DNA of 62,018 nucleotides from Ignavibacteria bacterium (GTDB lineage: Bacteria > Bacteroidota > Ignavibacteria > Kapaibacteriales > UBA2268), in the NCBI GenBank assembly GCA_026415495.1, contig JAOAGZ010000003.1, forward strand, positions 1-62,018, given 5' to 3'. The position numbers and the translations under genes were made by a program. A model generated the notes under the pieces. The model searched no databases and was not told the origin of the DNA. It was given only the letters and a program-made list of their open reading frames with translations. Below are positions 9,581 to 19,418 of this stretch, in pieces (within the stretch, counting starts at the first letter, position 1; each line of letters begins with the position of its first letter).

Positions 9581-11833
9581 TTATTTAATCAAATTTAATG
9601 CGCTTCCAGCTTTGAACCACTCAATTTGTTGAGCATTATAGGAATGCGAAACTTCGAAACTATCTATACTTCCATCTTTGTGATGAAGAACTACTATTAA
9701 CGATTTATTGGGGGCAAATTCCTTTAATCCAACAATGTCAATGGTATCATCCTCTAATATTTTATCATAATCACTTTTATCAATAAAAGTAAGTGCAAGC
9801 ATACCTTGCTTTTTCAGATTTGTTTCGTGAATACGAGCAAATGATTTAACTAATATTGCTTTAATGCCCAAATATCTTGGCTGCATAGCAGCGTGTTCGC
9901 GAGACGAACCTTCACCATAATTTTCATCACCTACCACAATTGACCCTATGCCAAGCGACTTATAATAACGCTGAACTTTTGGAACTTCATCATATTCACC
10001 AGTAATTTGGTTCTTTACATAGTTAGTTCTATCATTAAAGAAATTAACAGCCCCAATAAGTGTATTATTTGATATGTTATCTAAATGCCCTCGATACCGC
10101 AACCAAGGTCCTGCCATAGAAATATGGTCAGTAGTGCATTTTCCTTTTACTTTAATTAATAGTTTTAATCCGATAAAATCGTTTCCATCCCATTTATCAA
10201 AAGGTGGAATAATTTGAAGCCTTTCAGAATTTGGATCGATTATTATTTCTTGTTGAGAACCATCTTCGGCAGGCGCTTTGTAGCCGTTTTCGATAACTTC
10301 AAAACCACGCGGTGGGAGTTCAATTCCTTCTGGTTCTTTAAGCAGAACTTCTATTCCATCAGCATTAATTAGTTTATCTTTCATAGGATTAAAATCAAGC
10401 CTACCAGCGAGCACAAATGCTGTAACAATCTCAGGCGAAGCTACGAAAGCGTGAGTGTTTGGATTTCCATCATTTCTTTTAGCAAAGTTTCGATTAAATG
10501 AAGTGATAATGGAGTTTTTTTGTTGATCTTGAGCGTTAAGTCTCTTCCACTGCCCAATGCAAGGACCACAAGCATTTGCAAGGACAACACCACCAATTCG
10601 CTCGAACATATCTATAAATCCATCTCGTTCGATAGTATAACGAATCATTTCAGAACCGGGGGTAATTGTAAATTCACATTTGGCTGATAAATTATTATCA
10701 ATTGCTTGTTTGACAATAGAAATTGAACGTGTAATATCTTCATATGATGAATTAGTGCAAGAGCCAATCAACCCTGCAGAAAGTTCAACAGGCCAACCGT
10801 TTTTCTTTACTTCTTCAGCAAATCTTGAAATAGGATGAGCTAAATCAGGCGTAAAAGGTCCATTAATATGTGGTTCAAGCTCAGATAAGTTAATTTCAAT
10901 TAGTTGGTCAAAATACTTTTCAGGGTCTTGATAAACTTCTTTATCAGCAGTAACACATTCGAGCATAGAACTACAGAAATCAGCAATTTCTTTTCTTCCA
11001 GTAGCAATTAGATAATCATACATTTTCTCATCATACCCGAAGATAGAAGTAGTTGCACCAATTTCTGCCCCCATATTACAAATAGTTCCTTTGCCTGTAG
11101 CAGAAATAGATTCTGCACCATCACCGAAATATTCTAAAATATAACCAGTACCACCTTTGACAGTTAGCATACCAGCAACTTTAAGTATTACATCTTTTGC
11201 AGAAGTCCATCCCGATAACTTCCCAGTCAGTTTAATACCTATTAGTTTAGGGAATTTTAATTCCCAAGGCATTCCAACCATCACATCTACTGCATCAGCA
11301 CCGCCAACACCAATTGCAATCATCCCGAGACCACCAGCATTGACGGTGTGCGAATCAGTCCCAATCATCATTCCGCCTGGGAATGCATAGTTTTCAAGTA
11401 GCACTTGATGAATAATTCCTGCACCGGGCTTCCAGAAACCAATACCATATTTGTTAGACACTGATTCAAGAAAATCATAAACTTCTTTGTTTGTTTCAAG
11501 TGCAAACTCCAAATCTTTATGAGCTCCAACCTGAGCTTGCACCAAATGGTCGCAATGAACAGTTGTTGGCACAGCAACTTTATTTTTGCGAGCTTGCATA
11601 AATTGCAAAAGAGCCATTTGGGCAGTTGCATCCTGCATAGCTACACGATCGGGAGCAAACTCAACATAATCAGTCCCACGTTCGAATTCTCTTATTGAAT
11701 GGATATCGAACAAGTGAGTATATAGTATTTTTTCAGCAAGGGTTAGTGGTCGCTTGATTTTCGATTTAACATAATTCATTTTTTCTGTTAATGAATTATA
11801 ATGCTTGCGAAGCATATCAATATCGAGTATCAT
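9581..11833 (-). CDS. acn: Aconitate hydratase (about 750-aa type)
   Basis: 750 aa with [19 protein letters not shown], the cluster ligands SCTNSS and [11 protein letters not shown], and the swivel-domain motif [10 protein letters not shown]. Confidence 0.9.
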   Translation of the reverse strand: MILDIDMLRKHYNSLTEKMNYVKSKIKRPLTLAEKILYTHLFDIHSIREFERGTDYVEFAPDRVAMQDATAQMALLQFMQARKNKVAVPTTVHCDHLVQAQVGAHKDLEFALETNKEVYDFLESVSNKYGIGFWKPGAGIIHQVLLENYAFPGGMMIGTDSHTVNAGGLGMIAIGVGGADAVDVMVGMPWELKFPKLIGIKLTGKLSGWTSAKDVILKVAGMLTVKGGTGYILEYFGDGAESISATGKGTICNMGAEIGATTSIFGYDEKMYDYLIATGRKEIADFCSSMLECVTADKEVYQDPEKYFDQLIEINLSELEPHINGPFTPDLAHPISRFAEEVKKNGWPVELSAGLIGSCTNSSYEDITRSISIVKQAIDNNLSAKCEFTITPGSEMIRYTIERDGFIDMFERIGGVVLANACGPCIGQWKRLNAQDQQKNSIITSFNRNFAKRNDGNPNTHAFVASPEIVTAFVLAGRLDFNPMKDKLINADGIEVLLKEPEGIELPPRGFEVIENGYKAPAEDGSQQEIIIDPNSERLQIIPPFDKWDGNDFIGLKLLIKVKGKCTTDHISMAGPWLRYRGHLDNISNNTLIGAVNFFNDRTNYVKNQITGEYDEVPKVQRYYKSLGIGSIVVGDENYGEGSSREHAAMQPRYLGIKAILVKSFARIHETNLKKQGMLALTFIDKSDYDKILEDDTIDIVGLKEFAPNKSLIVVLHHKDGSIDSFEVSHSYNAQQIEWFKAGSALNLIK

Positions 11834-11929
11834 AAAACACCTATGAAAAAACTTTTAGAATTTAGTCAAAATAATTAACGTATTTATGAATATATTAATT
11901 TATTAAAATGAGGGAAAAATTAAGAATAA

Positions 11930-12952
11930 TTATTTGTTTCTAACTAATCTGATTCCAACTAAATTATTCTGACTTTGACGGGAACTAAACCGGATAAAAG
12001 ATTTAGAGTCAAGGAAACAGCCACCACGATGAATACGATGACTGCCAAAGTTTTGAATAGGATTTATTGTATCAATCGGATTATAGTCAGCATACAAGTC
12101 CCAGCACCACTCGCATACATTGCCTAACATATCATATAAACCAAAAGAATTTGGTAATTTCTGCTTACCTATTTTAGGTATTCCACCTGAATTTTCATTG
12201 AACCAAGCAGATGAATAAATATTAGCAGGCACATCAGTTTGACTACCAGCCCTGGCAAGATATTCCCATTCGGCTTCGGTGGGCAAACGCCATCCATTTG
12301 CAGTCGTATCAAAAATAACAATATTATCATTAATAAAATAAGCGGCTTTCAATCCGTCTTTTTCTGATAATCTATTGCAGAAAATAATTGCATCCAACCA
12401 ATCAACATTGAATACTGGAAGAGAATTATCTTTGATTGGACTTGGATTACTCTTTGAGATAAATTCATATAATCTTTGAGTTATTTCTGTTTTTGATACT
12501 TCAATTTTTTTAGTAATGTAAATATTTCTAACAGGCAATTCATCTTCAAAACCTGTCGTGCTGCCCATTTTAAAAGAACCTGGATTTATTGTTGTAGTCT
12601 CAAAGGGTGGATATGGCAACACAGTAATATTGAATAATTCACTGGTATCTTTTCCAAAAATCAAATAAAAATATCCACTTAGAATCCGTTCATCAATAAT
12701 AATTCCAATAGAATTCGCTCTCCAAAAGAGACAATCATTTTTCTGAAAAACAACGCTATCATTAAAAATTATAGCAGCGCTATCATTATAAAGTGGAAAA
12801 TTTTTCCCATAAATGATTAATGTATCTGTAGGAAAAGTGATATTTTTTGAAATATTGGTTACTCTCGGCGAACCTGATGAAACAGCAAAATCGTTATTGC
12901 TATCGCAGGAATAAAGAATTAGTGCAATAAGTATGTATAAGATAATTTTCAT
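11930..12952 (-). CDS. Formylglycine-generating enzyme (SUMF1) family lipoprotein
   Basis: 340 aa with the lipobox LILYSC. GWRLPTEAEWEYLARAG, FGLYDMLGNVCEWCWD and RGGCF are FGE-sulfatase domain motifs. Confidence 0.8.
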   Translation of the reverse strand: MKIILYILIALILYSCDSNNDFAVSSGSPRVTNISKNITFPTDTLIIYGKNFPLYNDSAAIIFNDSVVFQKNDCLFWRANSIGIIIDERILSGYFYLIFGKDTSELFNITVLPYPPFETTTINPGSFKMGSTTGFEDELPVRNIYITKKIEVSKTEITQRLYEFISKSNPSPIKDNSLPVFNVDWLDAIIFCNRLSEKDGLKAAYFINDNIVIFDTTANGWRLPTEAEWEYLARAGSQTDVPANIYSSAWFNENSGGIPKIGKQKLPNSFGLYDMLGNVCEWCWDLYADYNPIDTINPIQNFGSHRIHRGGCFLDSKSFIRFSSRQSQNNLVGIRLVRNK

Positions 12953-13047
12953 TACAAAAAATTAATGAATTGTTAATTCAAATATAATACTTAGATGTAG
13001 ATAAAACAACTTATTTCAGTAAAAAAATAGTGGGACAAAAACAGCCG

Positions 13048-14835
13048 CTAAATTTCATTTAATTCAGTAATACTGTGGCGTCCTATTGCTTTTTCAAGTT
13101 TTTTTCTAACTTCAAAATAATCATTAGAATTCAAAATATCTTCAGCAATTCTTTTAGCTTCAGAGTAGGTCAATGATCTTACTCTGTTTTTAAGTTCAAG
13201 AAGAAGAGATGGAGCAACGCTTAATTCATCAACATCCATCCCCACCAGTAGTTGAGTAGCAGCAGCATGTCCTGCCAATTCTCCACAAATTGAAACACTT
13301 ACTCCATTTTTGTGAGCTGTCTTTATGATAAAATCAATCAACCGAAGTACGGATGGATGAAAATCATCAAAAATATCAGAAACAAGTTCATTATTTCTAT
13401 CAGCAGCAAGAGTATATTGAGTTAAATCATTTGTACCTATACTGAAAAAGTCAGCAACTTTTGCTAATCCATCAGAAATAATAGCAGCAGCAGGTGTTTC
13501 TATCATTACTCCAAGAGGAATACGATTATCAAAAAGCACTTCTTCTTGTTGAAGTTCAGCTTTGCATATTTCTAATATTTTTCGAGATATTTCAACTTCG
13601 TGAAGAGAAGTTATCATCGGCAACATTATTTTCAGATTTTTATTAATCGAAGCTCGAAGCAGAGCTCGTAATTGTGTTTTAAAAATGTCCTGACGTGAAA
13701 GCAAAAAACGAATTCCTCGCAAACCTAATGCAGGATTAAATTCCTTAATTGGCAAACCTTCGACATACTTATCGCTACCTAAATCAAACACTCTAATTGT
13801 AACAGGCTTTGGAAAAGCCCGTTCACAAATTTCTCTATACCACTTGTATTGAGTTTCTTCATCTGGGAAACCTTTCAGTTCCATAACCAAGTTTTCGGAT
13901 CGCACCAGTCCATAACCATCTGCACCATTAATTTCGCCTGAACGAACATCATCTAAAAAATTCACATTACCAAGCAAAGAAATCCGTTTACCATCAAGAG
14001 TTTCAGAGGGAAGTTTCGCCAGAGCACCAAGATTTCTTTTGTGTTCCTCTAATGCTTCAATTTTTTGCAAATAAACTGTTCTAATATCTTCTTTGGGTTT
14101 TACCACAACAATACCGGCAAAACCATCAACAATAATCTCAGAGCCATTTGGAATAACATCTGTAGCATTATGCACACCAATTACAGCCGGAATATCAAAT
14201 GAACGTGATAAAATTGAAGCGTGTGAAGTAATTCCTCCAACCTCAGTAACTATTGCGAGGATACCGGCTTCTTTGAAATTTACAATGTCTGTAGTAGTTA
14301 AAGTTTGGGCAACAACAATTGAGTGCTGACAGTTATCATAATCTATTGATTGATCTTTGAGCGAAGCAAGAAGCTTACGTTTAATATTATCAATTTCATT
14401 AGCTCGCTCTTGCAATAAAGCATCTGAAGCATTCAGAAAAAACTTTCTTTGATTATCGAATTCAGAAACTATTGCACTTTCAACACTGAAACCATCTTTA
14501 ATTTTGTTTCTAATTCCATCGTATAAAATTGGATCAGTAAGAATTAATAAATTTGTTTCAAGAATTGCAATAACATTACTACCCAAAGAACGAACTTTAT
14601 GCAGGCTCTGCATAAATTGATGGACTAAGTTTGTATGAGCTTTTTCGAATTTTAATAATTCGTTGGAAATCTCTTCACTCGGAATTTTAATTGATGGGCT
14701 GATTAATGATTCTGGCTGCAATACTATTGCATTACCTAATGCTACTCCAGCTGAAGAAGGAATTCCTTTTAGTACAAACTGTTCTTTAAGTAACTTATAA
14801 TCTGTTTTCCCATATATTACTTCTTGTGGAGCCAT
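13048..14835 (-). CDS. ptsI: Phosphoenolpyruvate-protein phosphotransferase (PTS Enzyme I)
   Basis: 595 aa with the phospho-His region GGITSHASILSR, plus GLRGIRF and FSIGTNDLTQY motifs. Its start overlaps the HPr stop (TAATG). Confidence 0.9.
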   Translation of the reverse strand: MAPQEVIYGKTDYKLLKEQFVLKGIPSSAGVALGNAIVLQPESLISPSIKIPSEEISNELLKFEKAHTNLVHQFMQSLHKVRSLGSNVIAILETNLLILTDPILYDGIRNKIKDGFSVESAIVSEFDNQRKFFLNASDALLQERANEIDNIKRKLLASLKDQSIDYDNCQHSIVVAQTLTTTDIVNFKEAGILAIVTEVGGITSHASILSRSFDIPAVIGVHNATDVIPNGSEIIVDGFAGIVVVKPKEDIRTVYLQKIEALEEHKRNLGALAKLPSETLDGKRISLLGNVNFLDDVRSGEINGADGYGLVRSENLVMELKGFPDEETQYKWYREICERAFPKPVTIRVFDLGSDKYVEGLPIKEFNPALGLRGIRFLLSRQDIFKTQLRALLRASINKNLKIMLPMITSLHEVEISRKILEICKAELQQEEVLFDNRIPLGVMIETPAAAIISDGLAKVADFFSIGTNDLTQYTLAADRNNELVSDIFDDFHPSVLRLIDFIIKTAHKNGVSVSICGELAGHAAATQLLVGMDVDELSVAPSLLLELKNRVRSLTYSEAKRIAEDILNSNDYFEVRKKLEKAIGRHSITELNEI

Positions 14836-15101
14836 TATACCTCACCGAAACCACTCTCAAATAATTTCACAATCTCATCAATAGCTTCTTGTTCATCTGG
14901 TCCTTCTGCCCTCACTTTAATCTCACTTCCTTGTTCAGCCGCAAGCGTCATCACTCCAATAATACTTTTCCCATTGATTGCAAATTTATCTCTAATCAAA
15001 AATATTTCAGACTTAAATTTAGAAGCCAATTTTACTATACTTGCAGCTGGTCGAGTGTGTATGCCCGAACGATTAATAACTTTGACAACTTTTTCAACCA
15101 T
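14835..15101 (-). CDS. ptsH: Phosphocarrier protein HPr
   Basis: MVEKVVKVINRSGIHTRPAA contains the His-15 active-site motif, and KSIIGVMTL the Ser-46 region. I placed the start at the first ATG; the track starts 9 nt upstream at a TTG. Confidence 0.85.
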   Translation of the reverse strand: MVEKVVKVINRSGIHTRPAASIVKLASKFKSEIFLIRDKFAINGKSIIGVMTLAAEQGSEIKVRAEGPDEQEAIDEIVKLFESGFGEV

Positions 15102-15299
15102 TAGTAGCAATATCCATATTCATCAATTACTATATAAAAAACTATTATTGATTAATATAAATAAAATATGTGCTTTTTGCAAGTAGAAAATATTATGTAT
15201 CGTTTTTGTAACAATAATAATGTAAAAAGCAATAATAAAAATATATGAGAGACAGCTAAAATAAACAAGGAGTGAATTTCAGGATGTAATAGAAAAGTT

Positions 15300-15590
15300 T
15301 GAAGCAAGTAATAAAAAAACTACAAAGTGCTAAAGAAGAATTACAGTCGGTTAATGAAGAATTATATGCAGTTAATACTGAATTTCAATAGAAAAACTAA
15401 GAATTGACAAATTTAAATAACGACATTAGTCAATTTACTCAATAGAATTGATGTGAGATCTTTATATCTTGATAAAGATCTTAATAATAGAACATTTACA
15501 AATAAAATTAAACGTGTCTTTAAACTTGAAGATAGTGATATTAGAAGGTCTATTTTCCCAAAAATTGAAATTATCTACTTCATATTAAAA
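15300..15590 (+). pseudogene. Decayed internal fragment of a CheR-type methyltransferase / PAS sensor gene
   Basis: Own translation gives KLQSAKEELQSVNEELYAVNTEFQ*KN*ELTNLNNDISQFTQ*. A different frame then reads NRIDVRSLYLDKDLNNRTFTNKIKRVFKLEDSDIRRSIFP. This mirrors the LQSxNEEL coiled region and the following IFLDxDLxIRxFT...DIGRxI PAS start of such proteins. It carries two in-frame stops and a frameshift, and has no flanking remainder. Confidence 0.6.
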
Positions 15591-15604
15591 TGAAGTAGAT
15601 AATT
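15569..15604 (-). terminator. Hairpin downstream of the DinB-family gene
   Basis: AATTATCTACTTCA-TATTAAAA-TGAAGTAGATAATT is a perfect 14-bp stem. TTTCAATTTTT follows on the minus strand. Confidence 0.5.
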
Positions 15605-15660
15605 TATTATACTAATCTTAATTAATTATTTGATTAAATAAATCCTAAATGTAAACTAAT

Positions 15661-16158
15661 TTATTCTGGTGATTCCATACCAAATTGCGACCATTCTTCT
15701 TTTGATGGTCCATAAATACCGATAACAGGAAGTCCTGCTTGGCGCATCAAAACCGTAAGTTGTCCACGATGATGTATTTGGTGATATACTAAACCTTTCA
15801 ATAAATCTCTAAATTTCCAATTTTCACCATAAATATGAAATTCTTCATCTAATTTATGGTCATCATAATTTTTAACTTTTTCGATTAAAGAATTAGAAAA
15901 TTGGATGTATTTATCGATCATCGCATTAATATTTGGCGGCATTTTTTCTTGAAGGTCAAAATCTGGAAGTTGAATACCAGCCGCCTGCATCATTTCTCCA
16001 ACAGTGTAAACAATGTGCCAAACCAACATCCCAAGCGTCCTCCCTTCTGGATAGACTTTTTGAATTAAAGCCTCATCCGGAATTAACTGTAACAGCTTAA
16101 TAGTAGCTGAACTCTCTTGTGTCCAGTCTGAAATAAAATCATTTAGTGTAGAATACAT
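15661..16158 (-). CDS. DinB-family (DinB_2) metal-dependent protein
   Basis: 165 aa. The histidine pattern (LVWHIVYTVGEM ... YHQIHHRGQLTVLMRQAG) is typical of the DinB four-helix bundle. Confidence 0.8.
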   Translation of the reverse strand: MYSTLNDFISDWTQESSATIKLLQLIPDEALIQKVYPEGRTLGMLVWHIVYTVGEMMQAAGIQLPDFDLQEKMPPNINAMIDKYIQFSNSLIEKVKNYDDHKLDEEFHIYGENWKFRDLLKGLVYHQIHHRGQLTVLMRQAGLPVIGIYGPSKEEWSQFGMESPE

Positions 16159-16176
16159 TTTACTAATACCTTATGT

Positions 16177-16935
16177 TTATTGAGATAATTCTTTATTTTC
16201 TTTGTCATTGTTCGTTTCTTGTATGGATTCATTAGACAAAGTATGATCCAATACGTTTGACAAACTATCATTAGAAATTTCTGAGCTATCTGCTTGGCTT
16301 TCATGATTATGTTCAAAGTGCAGATGCCACCCATTTATCATTGACTTAAAATTGGAAGAAACTGTTTCGCCGTGCGTTGCAAGATAGATATGACCGATAA
16401 AGAATAAATTCAAAAAGAAACCAATTGTAATATGAAGCAACGCCATAGGCCAGACCCCACCCATTCCCATAATCTGTTCGGGAGCAAGTTCAGGAAACAT
16501 AAGTAACCACCCAGTAATGATAATACCCGGCACAGCCAAAAACATTATTAAAAAATAAGTTAGTCGTTGAAGTGGATTGAATTTATTTTCAGGAGTAGTC
16601 TCGAATGGATGTGGTTCACCTTTGAATACACCATAAAGATAATAACGCATTTGCTTAAGATACATTTCTTTTGCACCTCGTAATTGAGGTATATACTGTT
16701 TGTAGTTTCGAGTTTTAATATTAAAAAATAGATAATAAAGAAACACAACTGAAAGCAAAATACCACAAACATTATGAGTAACAATCGCATATTCAAATGG
16801 CATCAATAAAGAACTTGTATCTGAATATTGCATACTGACACCAGACAATATCAATAGAAAGAACAGAATTGCATTTATCCAATGCCAAAAACGTAACCAA
16901 CGTGGATACATATATACTTTGCGAACAGTACTCAT
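16177..16935 (-). CDS. Membrane b-type cytochrome, FdnI/HydC/PhsC family (PF01292-like)
   Basis: 252 aa with four or more hydrophobic helices and the N-terminal RWLRFWHWINA motif plus conserved His residues. Its start overlaps the 13-haem gene stop by 4 nt. It has a Ser/Asp/Glu-rich C-terminal tail. Confidence 0.8.
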   Translation of the reverse strand: MSTVRKVYMYPRWLRFWHWINAILFFLLILSGVSMQYSDTSSLLMPFEYAIVTHNVCGILLSVVFLYYLFFNIKTRNYKQYIPQLRGAKEMYLKQMRYYLYGVFKGEPHPFETTPENKFNPLQRLTYFLIMFLAVPGIIITGWLLMFPELAPEQIMGMGGVWPMALLHITIGFFLNLFFIGHIYLATHGETVSSNFKSMINGWHLHFEHNHESQADSSEISNDSLSNVLDHTLSNESIQETNNDKENKELSQ

Positions 16936-18404
16936 ACTTTTTTCTCCGCAATTTTTTTACGTTTTAAACTAAAATAAGCACGAAGAGAAGCGTGAATTAT
17001 AATACCTAATAAAGTGAGAACAAAAATTGCAATACTAACCAAATTTAAATATAGGTTTCTTGTTACACCAATAACATACGCATCGGAAAGAATAGTTCCA
17101 TTGATAAAACCATATTTCTCACGTGATAGCGATTTTTGATGACGATATAGTGTATTCATAAGCATTGAATTCATAGAATGACAAGTTTCGCAGCGCTTTA
17201 CAGTTTTCTCCGGTGGCAAAATATCGTGTGAACGATTAGGAGGTTCGATTGAAGAATGACAATCAATACAACGCACTCTATCCCAATGTGAGCTAATACG
17301 TGGCAACCAACGATGTGCTTTTTCAACAGTTGCAATACCATATTTGTTCATCATTGATTCGTCAGAGTGACAGGCAACACAATAGACCATTTTATTATTC
17401 ACAACAACATTAAATTTCATTCCTGATTTTGTGAAAACCGCACTTGGGATATCAGGAACGTGTTGGATATTATGTTCGCCGTGGCAATAGGTGCAATTCG
17501 GTGCATCTAAATTTCCACTCAAAAGAGATTTTCCGTGTACACTTTGAATATATTCAGTTGATACTTCACTATGGCAGGAATTGCATACATTATGAATATT
17601 AAAATGATTAATTCGAGACTCTGGGTGTGAAGCCTTTTGAAGGTTATGAGTACCATGGCAATCCACGCACATAGCAGCTTTTGTATTTCCAGCTAATAAT
17701 GCTGACCCGTGAACGCTCTTTTCATAATTAATCAATGAGTTAGCATACTGGCTCGAAATGAAAGTAATATGTAAATGGCAGGATAAACATAATTTTTCTT
17801 GATTTAATTTTCTTTGTAATTCTGAAATTTGATTACCTTTTGTGATTGGTTGCTTATGACAATAAATACAAGTAGGTGCATTGGGATTGTGAGCAACATA
17901 TTGAATTGAGTGTTCAGATTGTAGATGCTCTTTTTTTACATCTGAATGGCATTTACCACAAAATTCAGTTGAATTGGTGAAATGAAGTGGAGAATTTGGG
18001 TTACCAGGACTTTGAATATTGTGAGAACCATGACAACCTACGCAATTAATATCTGGACCGCCTTTACTCCCAGTAGCTTTTGCCATAGATGGGTGCCAAG
18101 GATGTTTACCTATTAGATTTGAGTGACAATTAGCACAATTGACACTCAAATCACCTTCTTTGTGAGGTATATCATCCGCTTTGAAACCAACATGACAATT
18201 AATACATAGCATTTTTGAATGTACAGAACGAGCAAGCTCAAATTTTCGCACATGAAGTTTCACTTTTCGACCATTTTTTTCCATATAAATATCCGGATCA
18301 CTATGGCAGCTAAGGCAATCATCATTAGATTGTGAATTCGTGTTTTGTACACTAAAAGATACTATGTAGAGGAAAGCAAATAAAATAGGTAAATATTTAA
18401 ACAT
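16932..18404 (-). CDS. Multihaem c-type cytochrome (13 CXXCH) with C-terminal membrane anchor
   Basis: 490 aa with a signal peptide. I counted 13 CXXCH motifs: CLSCH, CINCH, CANCH, CVGCH, CGKCH, CIYCH, CLSCH, CVDCH, CNSCH, CTYCH, CVACH, CIDCH and CETCH. The C-terminal hydrophobic helix is LVSIAIFVLTLLGIIIHA. Confidence 0.85.
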   Translation of the reverse strand: MFKYLPILFAFLYIVSFSVQNTNSQSNDDCLSCHSDPDIYMEKNGRKVKLHVRKFELARSVHSKMLCINCHVGFKADDIPHKEGDLSVNCANCHSNLIGKHPWHPSMAKATGSKGGPDINCVGCHGSHNIQSPGNPNSPLHFTNSTEFCGKCHSDVKKEHLQSEHSIQYVAHNPNAPTCIYCHKQPITKGNQISELQRKLNQEKLCLSCHLHITFISSQYANSLINYEKSVHGSALLAGNTKAAMCVDCHGTHNLQKASHPESRINHFNIHNVCNSCHSEVSTEYIQSVHGKSLLSGNLDAPNCTYCHGEHNIQHVPDIPSAVFTKSGMKFNVVVNNKMVYCVACHSDESMMNKYGIATVEKAHRWLPRISSHWDRVRCIDCHSSIEPPNRSHDILPPEKTVKRCETCHSMNSMLMNTLYRHQKSLSREKYGFINGTILSDAYVIGVTRNLYLNLVSIAIFVLTLLGIIIHASLRAYFSLKRKKIAEKKV

Positions 18405-18438
18405 CTTATATTATCTCTTGTTCAACATTTTGAAAAAA

Positions 18439-18464
18439 GTAGGTAGCAATTGCTTGCTACCTAC
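18439..18464 (-). terminator. Rho-independent terminator after the monohaem cytochrome c gene
   Basis: GTAGGTAGCAA-(4 nt)-TTGCTACCTAC is a perfect 11-bp stem followed on the minus strand by TTTTTTC. Confidence 0.65.
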
Positions 18465-18474
18465 ACAGAAAATA

Positions 18475-18822
18475 TTATTCACTTTTAAGAGTAGTAAGCC
18501 ATTCAGATAATATTCTTAATTCTTCGTCACCACCTTTAAACTGTGCGGGATGCTTTTTGCCTTTTAAATCAGTTTCTTTTTTCAGATACTTTGCAAAAAA
18601 TTCAGCATCTCCTTCAACTGATGCATTTGATAAATCAATTGCACCTGATTTTTTCTTAGAAGCAATACCAAGTGAATTTACAGAATGGCACATATCGCAT
18701 TTCTGTTCTGTAAAAATTGTTTTACCATCTTTTGCTTCTTGTGCATTTACAGAAACATTAAATGATGCAACAGCGATAAATGCGATTGCTGCCAATGCTA
18801 AGAATAAATGTTTGATTTTCAT
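18475..18822 (-). CDS. Periplasmic monohaem class-I-like cytochrome c
   Basis: 115 aa with a signal peptide and a single CDMCH motif. Confidence 0.8.
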   Translation of the reverse strand: MKIKHLFLALAAIAFIAVASFNVSVNAQEAKDGKTIFTEQKCDMCHSVNSLGIASKKKSGAIDLSNASVEGDAEFFAKYLKKETDLKGKKHPAQFKGGDEELRILSEWLTTLKSE

Positions 18823-18896
18823 ATGACCTCCTTTTGAGAAAAAGTTATTTATATAACCTAACGAATTAACGAATTAATAATAAATTAGTTTCATTT

Positions 18897-19415
18897 TTAT
18901 ATTGCAATTGTTAGAGTATTTTCAATTGGATCGAATACAGAATTATACTTTAATAAAGAAGGGACATCACCAGAAGCACTTCCTTTATCTTTTAGCGAAC
19001 CATCAGAAGAATAAAATTTTGCGCTATGTGCTGGACAAAAAATATCTCCTCCCGGTGAAGATGGCAAAACAACTTGTGCACCAGCATGTCTGCAAATTGA
19101 ATCAAGAACAACAAATTTATTTTGTTCAATTCTGAAAATGATTAATGGATTACCATTATTAACTGGTTTGTTGTTTTTATCGCGAACAATGACCATTATC
19201 ATTCCACCTACACTGCTTAAAGTTGGATAGTCAGAAATTTTCAGAACTGGATAATTTTCTGGTTTTGGTTGCTCTGGTGGCGCAACTGTCTCACCATCAT
19301 TGTCGCAAGCCGCAATAATTGAACTTAAAACACAACCGCACAAACTTATTCCCGCAATTTTTGCCGATTTTATCAAAAATTCTCTTCTATCATTATTCAT
19401 TCCCATTGCTGTCAC
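18897..19415 (-). CDS. Tat-exported Rieske [2Fe-2S] lipoprotein
   Basis: 172 aa with twin-arginine RREFLIK, the lipobox IIAAC, and Rieske ligands CRHAG..(17 aa)..CPAHSAKF. Confidence 0.85.
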   Translation of the reverse strand: MTAMGMNNDRREFLIKSAKIAGISLCGCVLSSIIAACDNDGETVAPPEQPKPENYPVLKISDYPTLSSVGGMIMVIVRDKNNKPVNNGNPLIIFRIEQNKFVVLDSICRHAGAQVVLPSSPGGDIFCPAHSAKFYSSDGSLKDKGSASGDVPSLLKYNSVFDPIENTLTIAI

Positions 19416-19418
19416 CTC

